DNA of 64,000 nucleotides from a virus (Duplodnaviria; Heunggongvirae; Uroviricota; Caudoviricetes): IMG/VR virus record IMGVR_UViG_3300049174_000031; one strand, 5' to 3'. Shown piece by piece: positions 22,225 to 31,631 of this stretch (position 1 is its first letter; each line of letters starts with the position of its first letter). The notes under the pieces were generated by a model. It saw only the letters and a program-made list of their open reading frames with translations, ran no database searches and was not told where the DNA came from. The position numbers and the translations under genes were made by a program.

Positions 22225-23109
22225 CTACCCGCTCCAATGCAGGAAGGCCGACCCGTCACGCTCGATCAGGGCGATAGCCTCCTCACAGAACTCGGCCGTG
22301 ATCTCCGCGGACTGGATGTAGGAGTCCTTGGTCTCCTGACTCAGCCGGTACACCACGGCGGCGCTGGGCGTCTGGCCCAACTGCCCGCCCTTGGTGTTGG
22401 GAGGGAACTGAGCGCTGAACGCGGCCAGCGGATTGGCGCACACCGAGATGGCCAGTATCTCAAGCCCCTTGTCGAACCCGGCCACGAAGCCCTTGGCGTT
22501 GGAATAGCCGCCGTCCTCGCTGCCCCACGCGGGCTTGTCCTTGCCCGCCAGCTCGCGTTTGGCGATGTTCTCGTCACGGCGCTTGCGCTCGTCGCGGTAC
22601 CAGTCCAGCACCTCGTCGTCGGTGGGCAGTTGGCTCCACAGGTGGTCGGCCCCGCCCAGCATCACGTCCACGCTCATCACCCGCAGCGCGTCGTTGTCGC
22701 GGATCTCCTGGGCCACCTGCAGCGCCCTCTTCTTGGCCGCCTTGAGCCCCTTGATCGAGCCCACGGTCAGCTCGAAGCTGTACTCGTCGGTCTCGCCCCG
22801 CACCGGCTCGAAAATCCAGTGCAGATCGTGATCTTCGCCGACGATGTCGGGCACCGCCCGGTTGAATCCCCCGGAGTTGTAGGAACTCCGCAGGTATCGC
22901 CTGTTGAACAGGTGATCCGGGTAGCGCGAGGAGGCCACCTCGTCATCGGACGAGGAGCTGTAAGGCGGCAGCGCTTCCTTGGCCGCCTTCTTCTCCGCGT
23001 CGTCGTCGGAGGTGTCCTTGTACTTGTCGTACCAGGCCTCCCAGGCCTCCTCATGCTCGTTGGAGGCGACCTCCTTGGCCTTGGTGTAGAGATAGACATC
23101 CAGTCCCAT
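22225..23109 (-). CDS. Hypothetical protein (~294 aa)
   Basis: Real start MGLDVYLYTKAK preceded by GAAAGGAA; the track ORF's N-terminal extension is junk frame. Confidence 0.55.
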   Translation of the reverse strand: MGLDVYLYTKAKEVASNEHEEAWEAWYDKYKDTSDDDAEKKAAKEALPPYSSSSDDEVASSRYPDHLFNRRYLRSSYNSGGFNRAVPDIVGEDHDLHWIFEPVRGETDEYSFELTVGSIKGLKAAKKRALQVAQEIRDNDALRVMSVDVMLGGADHLWSQLPTDDEVLDWYRDERKRRDENIAKRELAGKDKPAWGSEDGGYSNAKGFVAGFDKGLEILAISVCANPLAAFSAQFPPNTKGGQLGQTPSAAVVYRLSQETKDSYIQSAEITAEFCEEAIALIERDGSAFLHWSG

Positions 23110-23138
23110 GTCGATTCCTTTCTGGTTGATGACAGGGT

Positions 23139-23632
23139 CTACAGCTGGGGCGGGCAGTAGGCGTCGAGGGCGGCGTGCACCACCCCGACCGACTGCTCTG
23201 GCTTGTTGCCCCAGTAGGTCTGCTGCTCCCAGGCGATGACCTGGTCGGGCGTCTGCGTGGCGAGCATGCTGCACAGCAAGTGCCCGTGCTCGATGATCTT
23301 GGCACGGTCATCAATGTGGAACACCTTCGCCACCTCGGCCAGGTACACCTGGTCTGGGTCGAGAACAGGGACGGCCGCTGGCCGCGGGGGCGGCGCGGCC
23401 GAGTTGTTGTCGTGCACCGTGAACAGCCACAATGCCAACAGGCCGAGCACAACCCCCAGCGCCAGACAGGCCACCAACGGCTTGAGCCAGGGCAGGCCCC
23501 CGGTGGGGGCCGCCTGGTCAGGGACGTGGGCTTCCCGCGACCACGCCTGAGCCGGGATCACCTCGGTGGGCTCCCATTGCGGCGGCACCCACTGCCCGGT
23601 GGCCGGGTACTCGTAGATCTTGTCGCTCACAG
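23139..23632 (-). CDS. Membrane protein with DUF732-like C-terminal domain
   Basis: TM helix LKPLVACLALGVVLGLLALWLF; probable GTG start near 23632. Confidence 0.4.
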
Positions 23633-23830
23633 CCCTCTCCTCTCCTGCCTCTCCCAGCCCTCGCTCCACAGAAGCAAAAGCAGGAACGCGCCCATGACCA
23701 CCCCGAACACCACGGCCGCCAGCATGCCGAAGGCCTTGCCGTACCACGGCCATGGCTGCCGGGCGACCCAGCAGCAGCTGCTGATGATGCCGCCCAGCGC
23801 CAGCACGACGATGATGACCGTCAGCATCAC
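23627..23830 (-). CDS. Small two-TM membrane protein (67 aa)
   Basis: MMLTVIIVVLALGGIISS...AVVFGVVMGAFLLLLLW hydrophobic helices. Confidence 0.4.
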   Translation of the reverse strand: MMLTVIIVVLALGGIISSCCWVARQPWPWYGKAFGMLAAVVFGVVMGAFLLLLLWSEGWERQERRGL

Positions 23831-24789
23831 GCCACCTCTGGTGTGAAGGGGTTCTCGCCCAACTCATCGAAGATCTCCCGGACATCGAGCGGGGCCGTGG
23901 GCGGGCCGCCCAGCATCTGCTGCAACACCTCGGTGTCCATGCCCTGGATGTCGTGCATGGTCAACTCGGAGAACTCGGCGTAGACCTCGTCCTCCAAGTC
24001 CAATCGCGCATCGCGCTTCTGGGCACGGCTGACCGAGGGGTTCTCGACCTCCATCGCCGCCAGGGCTCCCTGCACGTCGTCGTTGCGACCTTCCCACGCA
24101 TCGAAGGCACCCCAGCCCTCGGGGTCGTCACCATAGCGACTGACCCCGGCCGGGCGATGCACCGTGGGAGCCCAGGTGGTCATCCTGTACCCCTCGGTGC
24201 CGGGCAGCTCCGAGCGCCACGTCGGGTACGACGTGTAGCTGGTTTCCAGCAGGTCGAACTCGGCCGTGTCCTCGAAGTGAGTCTCGGCCCAGTGCTTCCA
24301 CATGTCGATGACGTAGCGGTTGTCGTCGGCCGCGGCCACGATCTTGTACAGACCCATGTCCTCGAAGCCCTGCGCCAACTCGCGTTTGAACTCGCTGGCG
24401 TACCGCGGGTCGTCGTCGGCCCGGCAGAACGGCCCGATGAACTCATAGGGCACATGCTTGACCAGCCAGTTGAAGCTGCGCCGATAGTCGTAATCGTGGG
24501 TACGCGCCGTGATGACGAGCCAGACCATGTCCGGGTGCCGCTTTTCAACGGTCTCCATCCAGTCCAGCACCTTCTTCGACGCGCCAGCGCCCCAGTCCTG
24601 CAGGGTGCCGTCGATGTCGAGGACGCCCGCGGTGATCGCGGTGCCCTTCGGGCCCGCGAACCCAGCGCCGGTCTTGAGGCGCATGCCGCCATAAGGCGTC
24701 GTGTTTTCGGGATCGACAGTCGTCGTCGTCGCGGGTATGGCCAGGCCGTGCCTGGTCTTGCGAACCTTTTTCTGAGCCATATTCACCAC
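23827..24789 (-). CDS. HAD-superfamily phosphatase (polynucleotide 3'-phosphatase-like)
   Basis: Motif I VLDIDGTL, motif II VITART, motif IV AAADDN. Confidence 0.6.
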   Translation of the reverse strand: MVNMAQKKVRKTRHGLAIPATTTTVDPENTTPYGGMRLKTGAGFAGPKGTAITAGVLDIDGTLQDWGAGASKKVLDWMETVEKRHPDMVWLVITARTHDYDYRRSFNWLVKHVPYEFIGPFCRADDDPRYASEFKRELAQGFEDMGLYKIVAAADDNRYVIDMWKHWAETHFEDTAEFDLLETSYTSYPTWRSELPGTEGYRMTTWAPTVHRPAGVSRYGDDPEGWGAFDAWEGRNDDVQGALAAMEVENPSVSRAQKRDARLDLEDEVYAEFSELTMHDIQGMDTEVLQQMLGGPPTAPLDVREIFDELGENPFTPEVA

Positions 24790-24840
24790 CTCCTGGTTGT
24801 TAGGTGGACTCTGTTGTTCGACGGGTATAACAGGTCAGAC

Positions 24841-25095
24841 CTATAGAATATTCCCACTCTGGCCGTTCAACCTGGCCATCCAGCGCTGGCGTCGGCGCTC
24901 GACCTCCTCCCAGTAGGTGGCGTCGAACATCTGCTGATTCATCCCGGCGTTGTGTAACCGCTGGTAGACGCGCCACTGCTGATGGAAGTCGGTGGAGTAC
25001 TGGGCCTTGAGATTGGCGAAGATCTTGGCCAGCGCGGCCTTAGCCTCGTCGGTCAGCTCGTCGGTGAGCGGATTGGGCCGTTTCATCGGCTCCAT
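24841..25095 (-). CDS. Hypothetical protein (84 aa)
   Basis: ORF; AGGATGAA RBS-like element upstream. Confidence 0.5.
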   Translation of the reverse strand: MEPMKRPNPLTDELTDEAKAALAKIFANLKAQYSTDFHQQWRVYQRLHNAGMNQQMFDATYWEEVERRRQRWMARLNGQSGNIL

Positions 25096-25156
25096 AGGTA
25101 TTCATCCTGACACGAAACCGCCCCCCGAACTGGGAGGCGGCTTCGTGTCGTGCGGA

Positions 25157-25663
25157 TCAGACCTTCCGACGCCCGGCCTTAACCGCGGCCTTGCGGCGCT
25201 TCTCGCGTTCCCGCTCGGCCTTGAGTGCCTTCTCCGCATCGGCCAGGGCAGGCTTGTGAACCATGTCCTGAGCACGCTGCAGATCCTTGGCGGCATCCTT
25301 GAGCACGGGCGGGTTGCGCCGCACGCCCAACCGGGAAATGGCCCGGCGGTCCTTGGTGATCGCACACTTGATCTGCCCGACCGTCACGGCCAACTGGGCG
25401 GTGGTCAGCCGCTCGGTGATCTGGTAGCCCTCGGCAGAGGTAAAGATCGGAGCCATGCCAGGATGCAGCTTCTGGCACTCCTCATCACCGTAGGCGGTCA
25501 GCGCATTGCCCACCGTCGCCCCGGAGACCACGCCGACCTCGTCGGCCAGCTCCTCCTGAGACATCAGCGGAAGGCCCGCATCCTGCCATTCCCAGATCTT
25601 CTTGATAGCCGCACGGGCAATACCGCGACGGGTCAGCAGATCGTCCTTCTCCGCGGCGCTCAC
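25157..25663 (-). CDS. HTH-containing DNA-binding protein with Lys/Arg-rich C-terminal tail
   Basis: LMSQEELADEVGVVSGATVGNAL helix-turn-helix-like segment; C-terminal KALKAEREREKRRKAAVKAGRRKV. Confidence 0.45.
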   Translation of the reverse strand: MSAAEKDDLLTRRGIARAAIKKIWEWQDAGLPLMSQEELADEVGVVSGATVGNALTAYGDEECQKLHPGMAPIFTSAEGYQITERLTTAQLAVTVGQIKCAITKDRRAISRLGVRRNPPVLKDAAKDLQRAQDMVHKPALADAEKALKAEREREKRRKAAVKAGRRKV

Positions 25664-26463
25664 TTGGACACCGCCTCGAAGGTGAAGGCCAACGCCGCGC
25701 CCTCAAGGTCGGTGATGTAGCCCTGGATCTCGGCCACCTTCTCCAACTCATGAGGATCGCCGGTCTGGCCCCACCTACTGACCAGCGTGGCCATCTGGAC
25801 CGCGGCCTGCTCGACCAGCTTGCAGATCGCCGCCAGCGCGTCGTAGCGCTCCACCGACTCCGCACCCGCCCCGAGAAGATTGCCTAGCTCGGTGCCATCC
25901 AGCTCGTCGCCGTCCTCCTCGTAGTCGTCAAGGAAGTCCTCCTCGTCGGCATCCCCGGCGTCGATAGCCTCCTGCTTGGCCGCCGCCGCGATGGCCGCGG
26001 TGCGCTTGCGCAGAGCCTTGAGCAGAGCCTTGGCCTGCTTGTCGGTGAGAGTGCCCGCCAGCAGGTGATTCAGCACCGCGTCGGCCTTGACCTCGTCCCC
26101 GTCCACCGCGGCGAGGACCTCTTTGATCCCGGCCTGGCGCTTGGAGACCTTCTTGCCGTCCTTGCGGACGTAGCGTGCGGCCTCGTAGGCCTCATCCCAC
26201 ACATCCTCAGTCACACCAACGGCGTCGAAGTCGTAGCTGGTGGTGGCCTTGAGGTCCTTGACGTGAGCGACGAGACCGGCGTCGGCCAGTGCATCCCACG
26301 TCTTGGTGTAGCGACCCACGGTGGTGACACTGCAGCCCACCTCCGCGGCACACTTCCTCTTGCCGACCTGGGCGACTACCCGGTTGTAGCGCAAGGCGAC
26401 TTCCCGGACACCGCCCTTCTTATTCCAGTCGCGAATGAACGCGACATCCTGTTGCCAACTCAT
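25660..26463 (-). CDS. HTH-domain protein (267 aa), acidic C-terminal half
   Basis: N-terminal KRKCAAEVGCSVTTVGRYTKTW HTH-like; ATGA overlap with downstream gene. Confidence 0.45.
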   Translation of the reverse strand: MSWQQDVAFIRDWNKKGGVREVALRYNRVVAQVGKRKCAAEVGCSVTTVGRYTKTWDALADAGLVAHVKDLKATTSYDFDAVGVTEDVWDEAYEAARYVRKDGKKVSKRQAGIKEVLAAVDGDEVKADAVLNHLLAGTLTDKQAKALLKALRKRTAAIAAAAKQEAIDAGDADEEDFLDDYEEDGDELDGTELGNLLGAGAESVERYDALAAICKLVEQAAVQMATLVSRWGQTGDPHELEKVAEIQGYITDLEGAALAFTFEAVSK

Positions 26464-26613
26464 ATAACCGATTCCTGTCTCCCCCGAAGGGGCTGGTTGA
26501 TTGTGACGCTCATCGCGCCGCTATGGGTCCAAGTATAACCTATAGCGTTTGTCACAACGCGCCCATGACCTGGCTTTATTCCCAGGCCAGACATACCACA
26601 ACAACCGCGCTGG
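26464..26613 (-). promoter_or_regulatory. Largest intergenic region; putative promoter/operator
   Basis: 150 bp noncoding, lower GC, TATAAC/TATAGC -10-like hexamers and TGTGAC..N..GTCACA inverted half-sites upstream of an HTH-protein gene. Confidence 0.4.
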
Positions 26614-26898
26614 TCAGTCGGGCCAGACGCCGCGGTAACCGTGGTGGTCATCGACCTCGCCGGTCAGCCGCCACACCCGGTTGAGCTTGGGCAGCCGCAC
26701 GATGGTGCCGGTCACATCCACCTCGTCGCCCTCCTTGGCCCCCGGAGGGAAATCGACGGTGAACCAGTGCGGCGGGTTGACGAGGAAGTCAACCGAGAAG
26801 AACACCTCGGGGGAGTCGAAGAGTGGGAAGTCGCCCTCGGCCCAGGCCACCTCGCGTTCGTGGCCGCAGCCGGGCAGCACCACGATCAGCCCGGCCAC
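26614..26898 (-). CDS. Hypothetical protein (94 aa)
   Basis: ORF with real-looking composition. Confidence 0.45.
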   Translation of the reverse strand: MAGLIVVLPGCGHEREVAWAEGDFPLFDSPEVFFSVDFLVNPPHWFTVDFPPGAKEGDEVDVTGTIVRLPKLNRVWRLTGEVDDHHGYRGVWPD

Positions 26899-26899
26899 C

Positions 26900-27073
26900 T
26901 CAGTCCTGCTCGCACTGGCACAGCGCCGGGCAGACCAGGGAGTGCAGCCCGGCCCAGATCTCGGCCCGCTGCCGGGTCAGCGGCGGGTCGGTCTCGTTGG
27001 TGTAGTCACACCGCTCGCCGCAGAAGGCGCAGCCGACCTCGACCAGCTCGTCGTCGCGGGGGATGTTGTACAT
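26900..27073 (-). CDS. Small Cys-rich protein (~57 aa)
   Basis: MYNIPRDDELVEVGCAFCGERCDY...CPALCQCEQD; upstream part of track ORF is junk frame. Confidence 0.45.
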   Translation of the reverse strand: MYNIPRDDELVEVGCAFCGERCDYTNETDPPLTRQRAEIWAGLHSLVCPALCQCEQD

Positions 27074-27083
27074 ACGCTTTAGC

Positions 27084-27350
27084 CTACGGCCGCCATGCGA
27101 ACCAGTCGTCCATATCGGAGTAGCGGAAGTGACCGCCATCGAGCACGGGGAACTCGTCGCCGCCCCACCAGGTGGCCTTGGAGGGTATTCCAGCGCTGCT
27201 GTACTCGATGGTGATGCCACGGTCGTCGCGGCCGAAGGTCAGGGGCTCCCGCGCATAGCACTTCCACCCCTGAGCCGCGGCCTTGGCGATCAGCTTGGCC
27301 TTGTCAGCGTCGATGAGCAGCTGGCCCATCGGTCGCGGTGCGTCGGTCAA
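27084..27350 (-). CDS. Hypothetical protein (88 aa)
   Basis: ORF; ATGA-type overlap with neighbour. Confidence 0.5.
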   Translation of the reverse strand: MTDAPRPMGQLLIDADKAKLIAKAAAQGWKCYAREPLTFGRDDRGITIEYSSAGIPSKATWWGGDEFPVLDGGHFRYSDMDDWFAWRP

Positions 27351-27541
27351 CGCTTGCCTTCCATGTAGCCCTCGATCTTGGTCACCCGCTCATCGAGAAC
27401 CTGCATCGCCTTGGCCCGGTCGTCACCCCCGGCCTTCTCGCGCTCGACGCCGACGCGCTCGGCCATCTGAATCCAGCGCCACATGATCCCGGCCACCACG
27501 GCGAAGCCCATCACCGCGGCGACGATGGCCAGCGCGATCAA
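27347..27541 (-). CDS. Small membrane protein (64 aa)
   Basis: MIALAIVAAVMGFAVVAGIMWRW TM helix. Confidence 0.45.
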   Translation of the reverse strand: MIALAIVAAVMGFAVVAGIMWRWIQMAERVGVEREKAGGDDRAKAMQVLDERVTKIEGYMEGKR

Positions 27542-27969
27542 TGGAAGTCCACCGGCTCATTGGCCTCGGCGGCGGCCCGGAAACCCGCGATCAGCTTGCG
27601 GGCCTTGTCGCCGTAGTCGCCGATATGCCCGCCGCCGTCCTTGCCGTCCAGCTCGGGCAGCAGCTCCTCCACCCGGTCGGCCACCATCTTGGCGTGCACC
27701 GGGTGCAGTTGGCCATCGCAGTCACTGTGGATCAGCAGATACAGCAGCGGGTCGCGCTTGCCCTGCGTGGTCTCGGGGATCTTCTCACCCCACTCGCCCA
27801 TCAGGTTGGCCTCGGTGTAGCGGTCCCAGTCCACGTCCACGTATGCCTGGGGGGAGCCCGACTCCTTGATCACCGGCAGTCCCGCCACAATGGTCAGCTT
27901 GTCGCGGAACCGGGCGAAAGAGCTGTAGGCCCCGTGCCAGGCGTCGTGGCTCATGTCCAGGCCCATTAG
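27538..27969 (-). CDS. Hypothetical protein (~143 aa)
   Basis: Real start likely MGLDMSHDAWHGAY; upstream extension junk. Confidence 0.45.
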   Translation of the reverse strand, partial: LMGLDMSHDAWHGAYSSFARFRDKLTIVAGLPVIKESGSPQAYVDVDWDRYTEANLMGEWGEKIPETTQGKRDPLLYLLIHSDCDGQLHPVHAKMVADRVEELLPELDGKDGGGHIGDYGDKARKLIAGFRAAAEANEPVDFH

Positions 27970-28982
27970 CGGGGCACCTGGATGACCGGCGTGCCACCCA
28001 CGTTGCCCCAGCATCCGGCCGGGTCCTTGCCCTGCTTCACCTGGTCGGTCAGGCACTGGCTGATCGCGATCCGCAGGTCCGGTGGCGGCATGGAGGCACG
28101 CTGCTCAGCCGCCTGGCGGGTCTGCTCGGCGGTCTTGACATCTTGCGCGGCGTTCAATGTCTCCTGAACTTTTTGGTTGTAGGCGTCGATGCGGCCCTGC
28201 GTCGGCCCGTCGTAGTAGATACGCGGAATCCGCACGTCGAGGATCTCGACCTCCTGGCCGACGGCATCCTGTAGGTCCTGCTTGACCTGGGCGGCCATCT
28301 TCGGCAGATCTGCACCCTGTGCAGGCGTCGGGATGGCGTTGGGACCAGGCGCAGGTGCCGGTGGCGTCCCGTCAGTGGGCTGCGCCGCAGGAGTGGCGGC
28401 CGGTGGAGTCACCGGGGCGACCAGCGTCTGCGGGTTGAAGGTGGAGAACACCTTGCTCACCATGACCTGGGCCTGGCGGTCCACCAGCTGCTGCCGGATG
28501 GTGTCGAACACGTCGCCGCCGCCGTAGTCCTGAAACAACTTGGGCGCAGCGCCCTCTCGCAGCCGCCAGTTGAGGTTGATGTCCACGTAGGCGGTGCTGT
28601 TGTTGGCCAGCCGGGCCAGGATGGCCGGGCCACCTGCGCCCGGCGAAGCGTTGCCCTTGGAGGCGTCGTCATAGGACGGGCTCTCGAAGGCCTGCAGCTG
28701 GATGGCCTCGGAAAGCTCTGAGACCTTCTTCCAGGGGGCATGCCACACGATGCCCGCGCCGTGCACGCCCACCGGGCGGCCGAACGCCGTGATGATGCCA
28801 ACGTTGCGGGTGTCCACCCGGTCGTATGAGGCCACGATGGTGAAGATGAACCCGAGGAGGGCGACACCCACCGCGGCACCGGCCGCGATGAAGCGGCTGC
28901 CCGAGGGGGCGAACACGCTTCCCCCCAGGACGAGTGCTGCGATGACGAACAGCACGATAGCGAAAATGAAACTTCCTGGCAT
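27966..28982 (-). CDS. SPFH/band-7 (stomatin/prohibitin-like) membrane protein
   Basis: Two N-terminal TM helices then NVGIITAFGRPVGVHGAGIVWHAPW SPFH core; Ala/Pro-rich linker. Confidence 0.65.
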   Translation of the reverse strand: MPGSFIFAIVLFVIAALVLGGSVFAPSGSRFIAAGAAVGVALLGFIFTIVASYDRVDTRNVGIITAFGRPVGVHGAGIVWHAPWKKVSELSEAIQLQAFESPSYDDASKGNASPGAGGPAILARLANNSTAYVDINLNWRLREGAAPKLFQDYGGGDVFDTIRQQLVDRQAQVMVSKVFSTFNPQTLVAPVTPPAATPAAQPTDGTPPAPAPGPNAIPTPAQGADLPKMAAQVKQDLQDAVGQEVEILDVRIPRIYYDGPTQGRIDAYNQKVQETLNAAQDVKTAEQTRQAAEQRASMPPPDLRIAISQCLTDQVKQGKDPAGCWGNVGGTPVIQVPR

Positions 28983-28991
28983 TACCGATTC

Positions 28992-29333
28992 CTATCTCTG
29001 GTTGTACTTCTGCTTGATCCGCTCAATGGCTTCATTGAGCCGGTCGGGAAAGCCGGGGTCACCGGGCTTCCCCTCTACGATCTCGTCGGCGACGAGAACG
29101 AACTTGTCGGGCACCTGGGCACCGGGCTCCACCACCGCGATGATGGGCATGTCCATCATGATCATCAGGCCCAGCTCGGTGGCCATCTGAATACTGGGAT
29201 CGCCCGCGTCGGCGGGCACCCGGCAGATGCCACTATGCGACCTGCGCATCATCGGGAGCACCTCGTCGCGGACGTGAGCGGCGTAGCGCTTGAACTCAGG
29301 GTCCTCGAAGGGATTGTTAGTCGGCTTGGGCAT
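28992..29333 (-). CDS. Hypothetical protein (113 aa)
   Basis: ORF; a further ~55-aa ORF (MGYPAEKEDLDMLRRAVAGD...) lies at ~29312-29477 and is not in the track. Confidence 0.5.
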   Translation of the reverse strand: MPKPTNNPFEDPEFKRYAAHVRDEVLPMMRRSHSGICRVPADAGDPSIQMATELGLMIMMDMPIIAVVEPGAQVPDKFVLVADEIVEGKPGDPGFPDRLNEAIERIKQKYNQR

Positions 29334-29695
29334 CGTGTTCCTTCTCCAATCGGCGCAGCCGGGCGTTCATATCCAGCATCAGCCGGGCAATGGCGATGGG
29401 GCCGTTCTCGAAGCCGGGGCCCACATCCCCGGCCACCGCACGGCGCAACATGTCGAGATCTTCCTTCTCGGCGGGGTAGCCCATCAGTGCTCGTTGTCCA
29501 GCCAGCGCACCGTGGTGGTGCCGCCGTGGCCGTGGATGGCCACCAGGTCCTCCATGCTGGCGTAGACGGCCGTGGACTGATAGGACACCGTCCAGCGCAG
29601 CACCGCGGTGCCGTCGGTGAACTCGCAGTCTTCAGCCACCTCCCCGGTCCCCGAGGTGCCACTGATGTCCTGGGCACGGTCGAGGACGAAGGTCC

Positions 29696-30403
29696 TCAGA
29701 GGAAGGCTCCCAACAGGAACACCAGCAGGCCCATCAGGGTGCACCCGGCCACCGTCGCGTAGGCGAGCAGGCGCGGGGAGACTCCCCGGCCCCCGTCGGG
29801 GGCCTGGCGCTGCTTGACGGCCTCGATGAAAGCGACCTGGGCCGCGGCCTCGCGCTCCATGGCGCTGATGCGCTGGCGGCGTACCGCCTCCACCCACAGC
29901 GGGTCGTTGGGGTGATCACTGTAGCGACTGGCCGCGGTGAGCCGCTGAGTGCGGGTCGGGCTGCAGTAGCAGTACCAGTCACGGCCCAGGTGGTCGCGCT
30001 GGTCGCGCCCGTTGATGGCCGTCCGCATAAGCTCATGGGCCCGGCGTATCTCGGCCAGGCGGGCGAACTGGTCGTCCTCGATCTCGGCGAAGGTGACAGA
30101 GCCCATGCGGACCTGGCGCTCACGGTCCAGGGCCGCGCCGAGGGCGTCCGCACAGCGCTGGCAGCGCCCGGCGGGGCCGTCGTGGGGGGCATCGCAGTCC
30201 CAGCAGATCGACGGGCCGGTGTAGGGCTCCTCGGGACGGGCGAACATCTCCTCGCGGGCGGCCACGAACTCGTCGGTCGCGGCCTGGCAGGCTGCGATCA
30301 GGTCGTCGGTGGTGGTGTACTCATCGGGCCACTCAGATTCTGGGGCCTCGATCTCGGGGGTGGGGAAGTCCAGCTCATCCAGCCGGTCGGGCGCGATGGT
30401 CAT
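29696..30403 (-). CDS. Hypothetical protein with C-terminal TM anchor (235 aa)
   Basis: Cys-rich CWDCDAPHDG..CQRC segment; C-terminal LLAYATVAGCTLMGLLVFLLGAFL. Confidence 0.5.
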   Translation of the reverse strand: MTIAPDRLDELDFPTPEIEAPESEWPDEYTTTDDLIAACQAATDEFVAAREEMFARPEEPYTGPSICWDCDAPHDGPAGRCQRCADALGAALDRERQVRMGSVTFAEIEDDQFARLAEIRRAHELMRTAINGRDQRDHLGRDWYCYCSPTRTQRLTAASRYSDHPNDPLWVEAVRRQRISAMEREAAAQVAFIEAVKQRQAPDGGRGVSPRLLAYATVAGCTLMGLLVFLLGAFL

Positions 30404-30453
30404 GGGCTCGATTCCTTTCTATAACTTTGCTGTAGGTCACTATAGGACTTTTG

Positions 30454-30879
30454 TCACGCTTCGACCAGACGTGTTCGCCGCGGGCGGCCGACGCGGATGT
30501 AGAACACCTCGCCGTGCTCACTGCGCTCCACCGGGGAGATCGCGATCACCAGGGCACCGGGCTCATCCAGCACGATGGGCTCGATCAGCGGCAGCTGAGT
30601 GTCGCCGAGGCAGATCACGTCGTAGGTGCCCGCGGGCAGCGTCAAGGTGATATAGCCACCCCAGACATCGTCCACCTGTATGGCCCCAGACAACGGGGGC
30701 CAGCCACCCCCACCATGGCCGTGCCCGTCGGCGGGCCCGCCGCAGAAAGGGCAGGGCTCGGCGTACTTGACGGCGTTGTAGGAGCGATAGTGGTAGTGCT
30801 CGTCCTCGCCGCCGCGCATCTGCCAATCGACCAGCTTGTCGATGTCCTTGAGGACCTTGTCCTCCGGGTTGGCCTTCAT
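30454..30879 (-). CDS. Hypothetical protein (~141 aa)
   Basis: Real start MKANPEDKVLKD; contains CPFCGG. Confidence 0.45.
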   Translation of the reverse strand: MKANPEDKVLKDIDKLVDWQMRGGEDEHYHYRSYNAVKYAEPCPFCGGPADGHGHGGGGWPPLSGAIQVDDVWGGYITLTLPAGTYDVICLGDTQLPLIEPIVLDEPGALVIAISPVERSEHGEVFYIRVGRPRRTRLVEA

Positions 30880-31631
30880 TTCGGCAGGATCACCGGAACC
30901 AGGGACTCGCCCTCCTCGTTCAGCAGCAGATGCCCAAGGAAGGCGGTGGTGATCCAGAAGCAGCCCTTGTGCCGGTTGATCGTCACGCCCCACGGGGTAC
31001 CGTCCTCCATCACCCAGTGGTTGGTGCAGCCGACGGCGCGATTGGACCAGTCCAGTACGAAGGCGAGGTAGGCATGCCCGCCCGCCGCCTGTGCGCGGGC
31101 GGGCGGCGGGGACACAAAGCCCTTGGAGTCCACGTCCATCATCGAGTCGTACCAGTTGGTGCCCAGCATGATCGGCTGGTGCATCAGATTGGCCAGGAAG
31201 TCGTTCATGGTGAACGTCCAGTTGTAGGTCTCGATGGCCTTGTCCTGCACCATCGCCTTGGCTACCCCCAGGCCCGAGGTGCCGGTGTCGGTGGGTGGGT
31301 AGTGGGCCGGGTCATCGTCCAGATTGGTGGCCGCCGAATACAACCGCAGCGCGTCCTTCTCATCGAGGTAGCTGCTGGTGAAGCCCCTGTGCGCGGGATC
31401 GGCGCGGTTGTAGGCGCGACGGCTGGGCAGCGCCATGGCGCAGTTCAGGAACTCCGCGGCGGTATTACCCTCGCATGACCCGACATCGGCCTGGTCGAGG
31501 GGCGGTGCGCCCAGCGTGTGCGCCGCGCTGCGGAAGGTGACGGGCACCCGGCGCGGGGAGGCGTAGGCGCGGCTGCGCGGATCGTGTTCTTTGTTCCTGC
31601 CGAGCAGGTGCGGGCCGATAGTGCTCATCAC
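30876..31631 (-). CDS. Papain-like (C1 family) cysteine peptidase
   Basis: QADVGSCEGNTAAEF (Gln-...-Cys active-site region), GGHAYLAFV (His) and NHWVMEDGTPWG (Asn/Trp) in canonical order. Confidence 0.55.
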   Translation of the reverse strand: MMSTIGPHLLGRNKEHDPRSRAYASPRRVPVTFRSAAHTLGAPPLDQADVGSCEGNTAAEFLNCAMALPSRRAYNRADPAHRGFTSSYLDEKDALRLYSAATNLDDDPAHYPPTDTGTSGLGVAKAMVQDKAIETYNWTFTMNDFLANLMHQPIMLGTNWYDSMMDVDSKGFVSPPPARAQAAGGHAYLAFVLDWSNRAVGCTNHWVMEDGTPWGVTINRHKGCFWITTAFLGHLLLNEEGESLVPVILPK

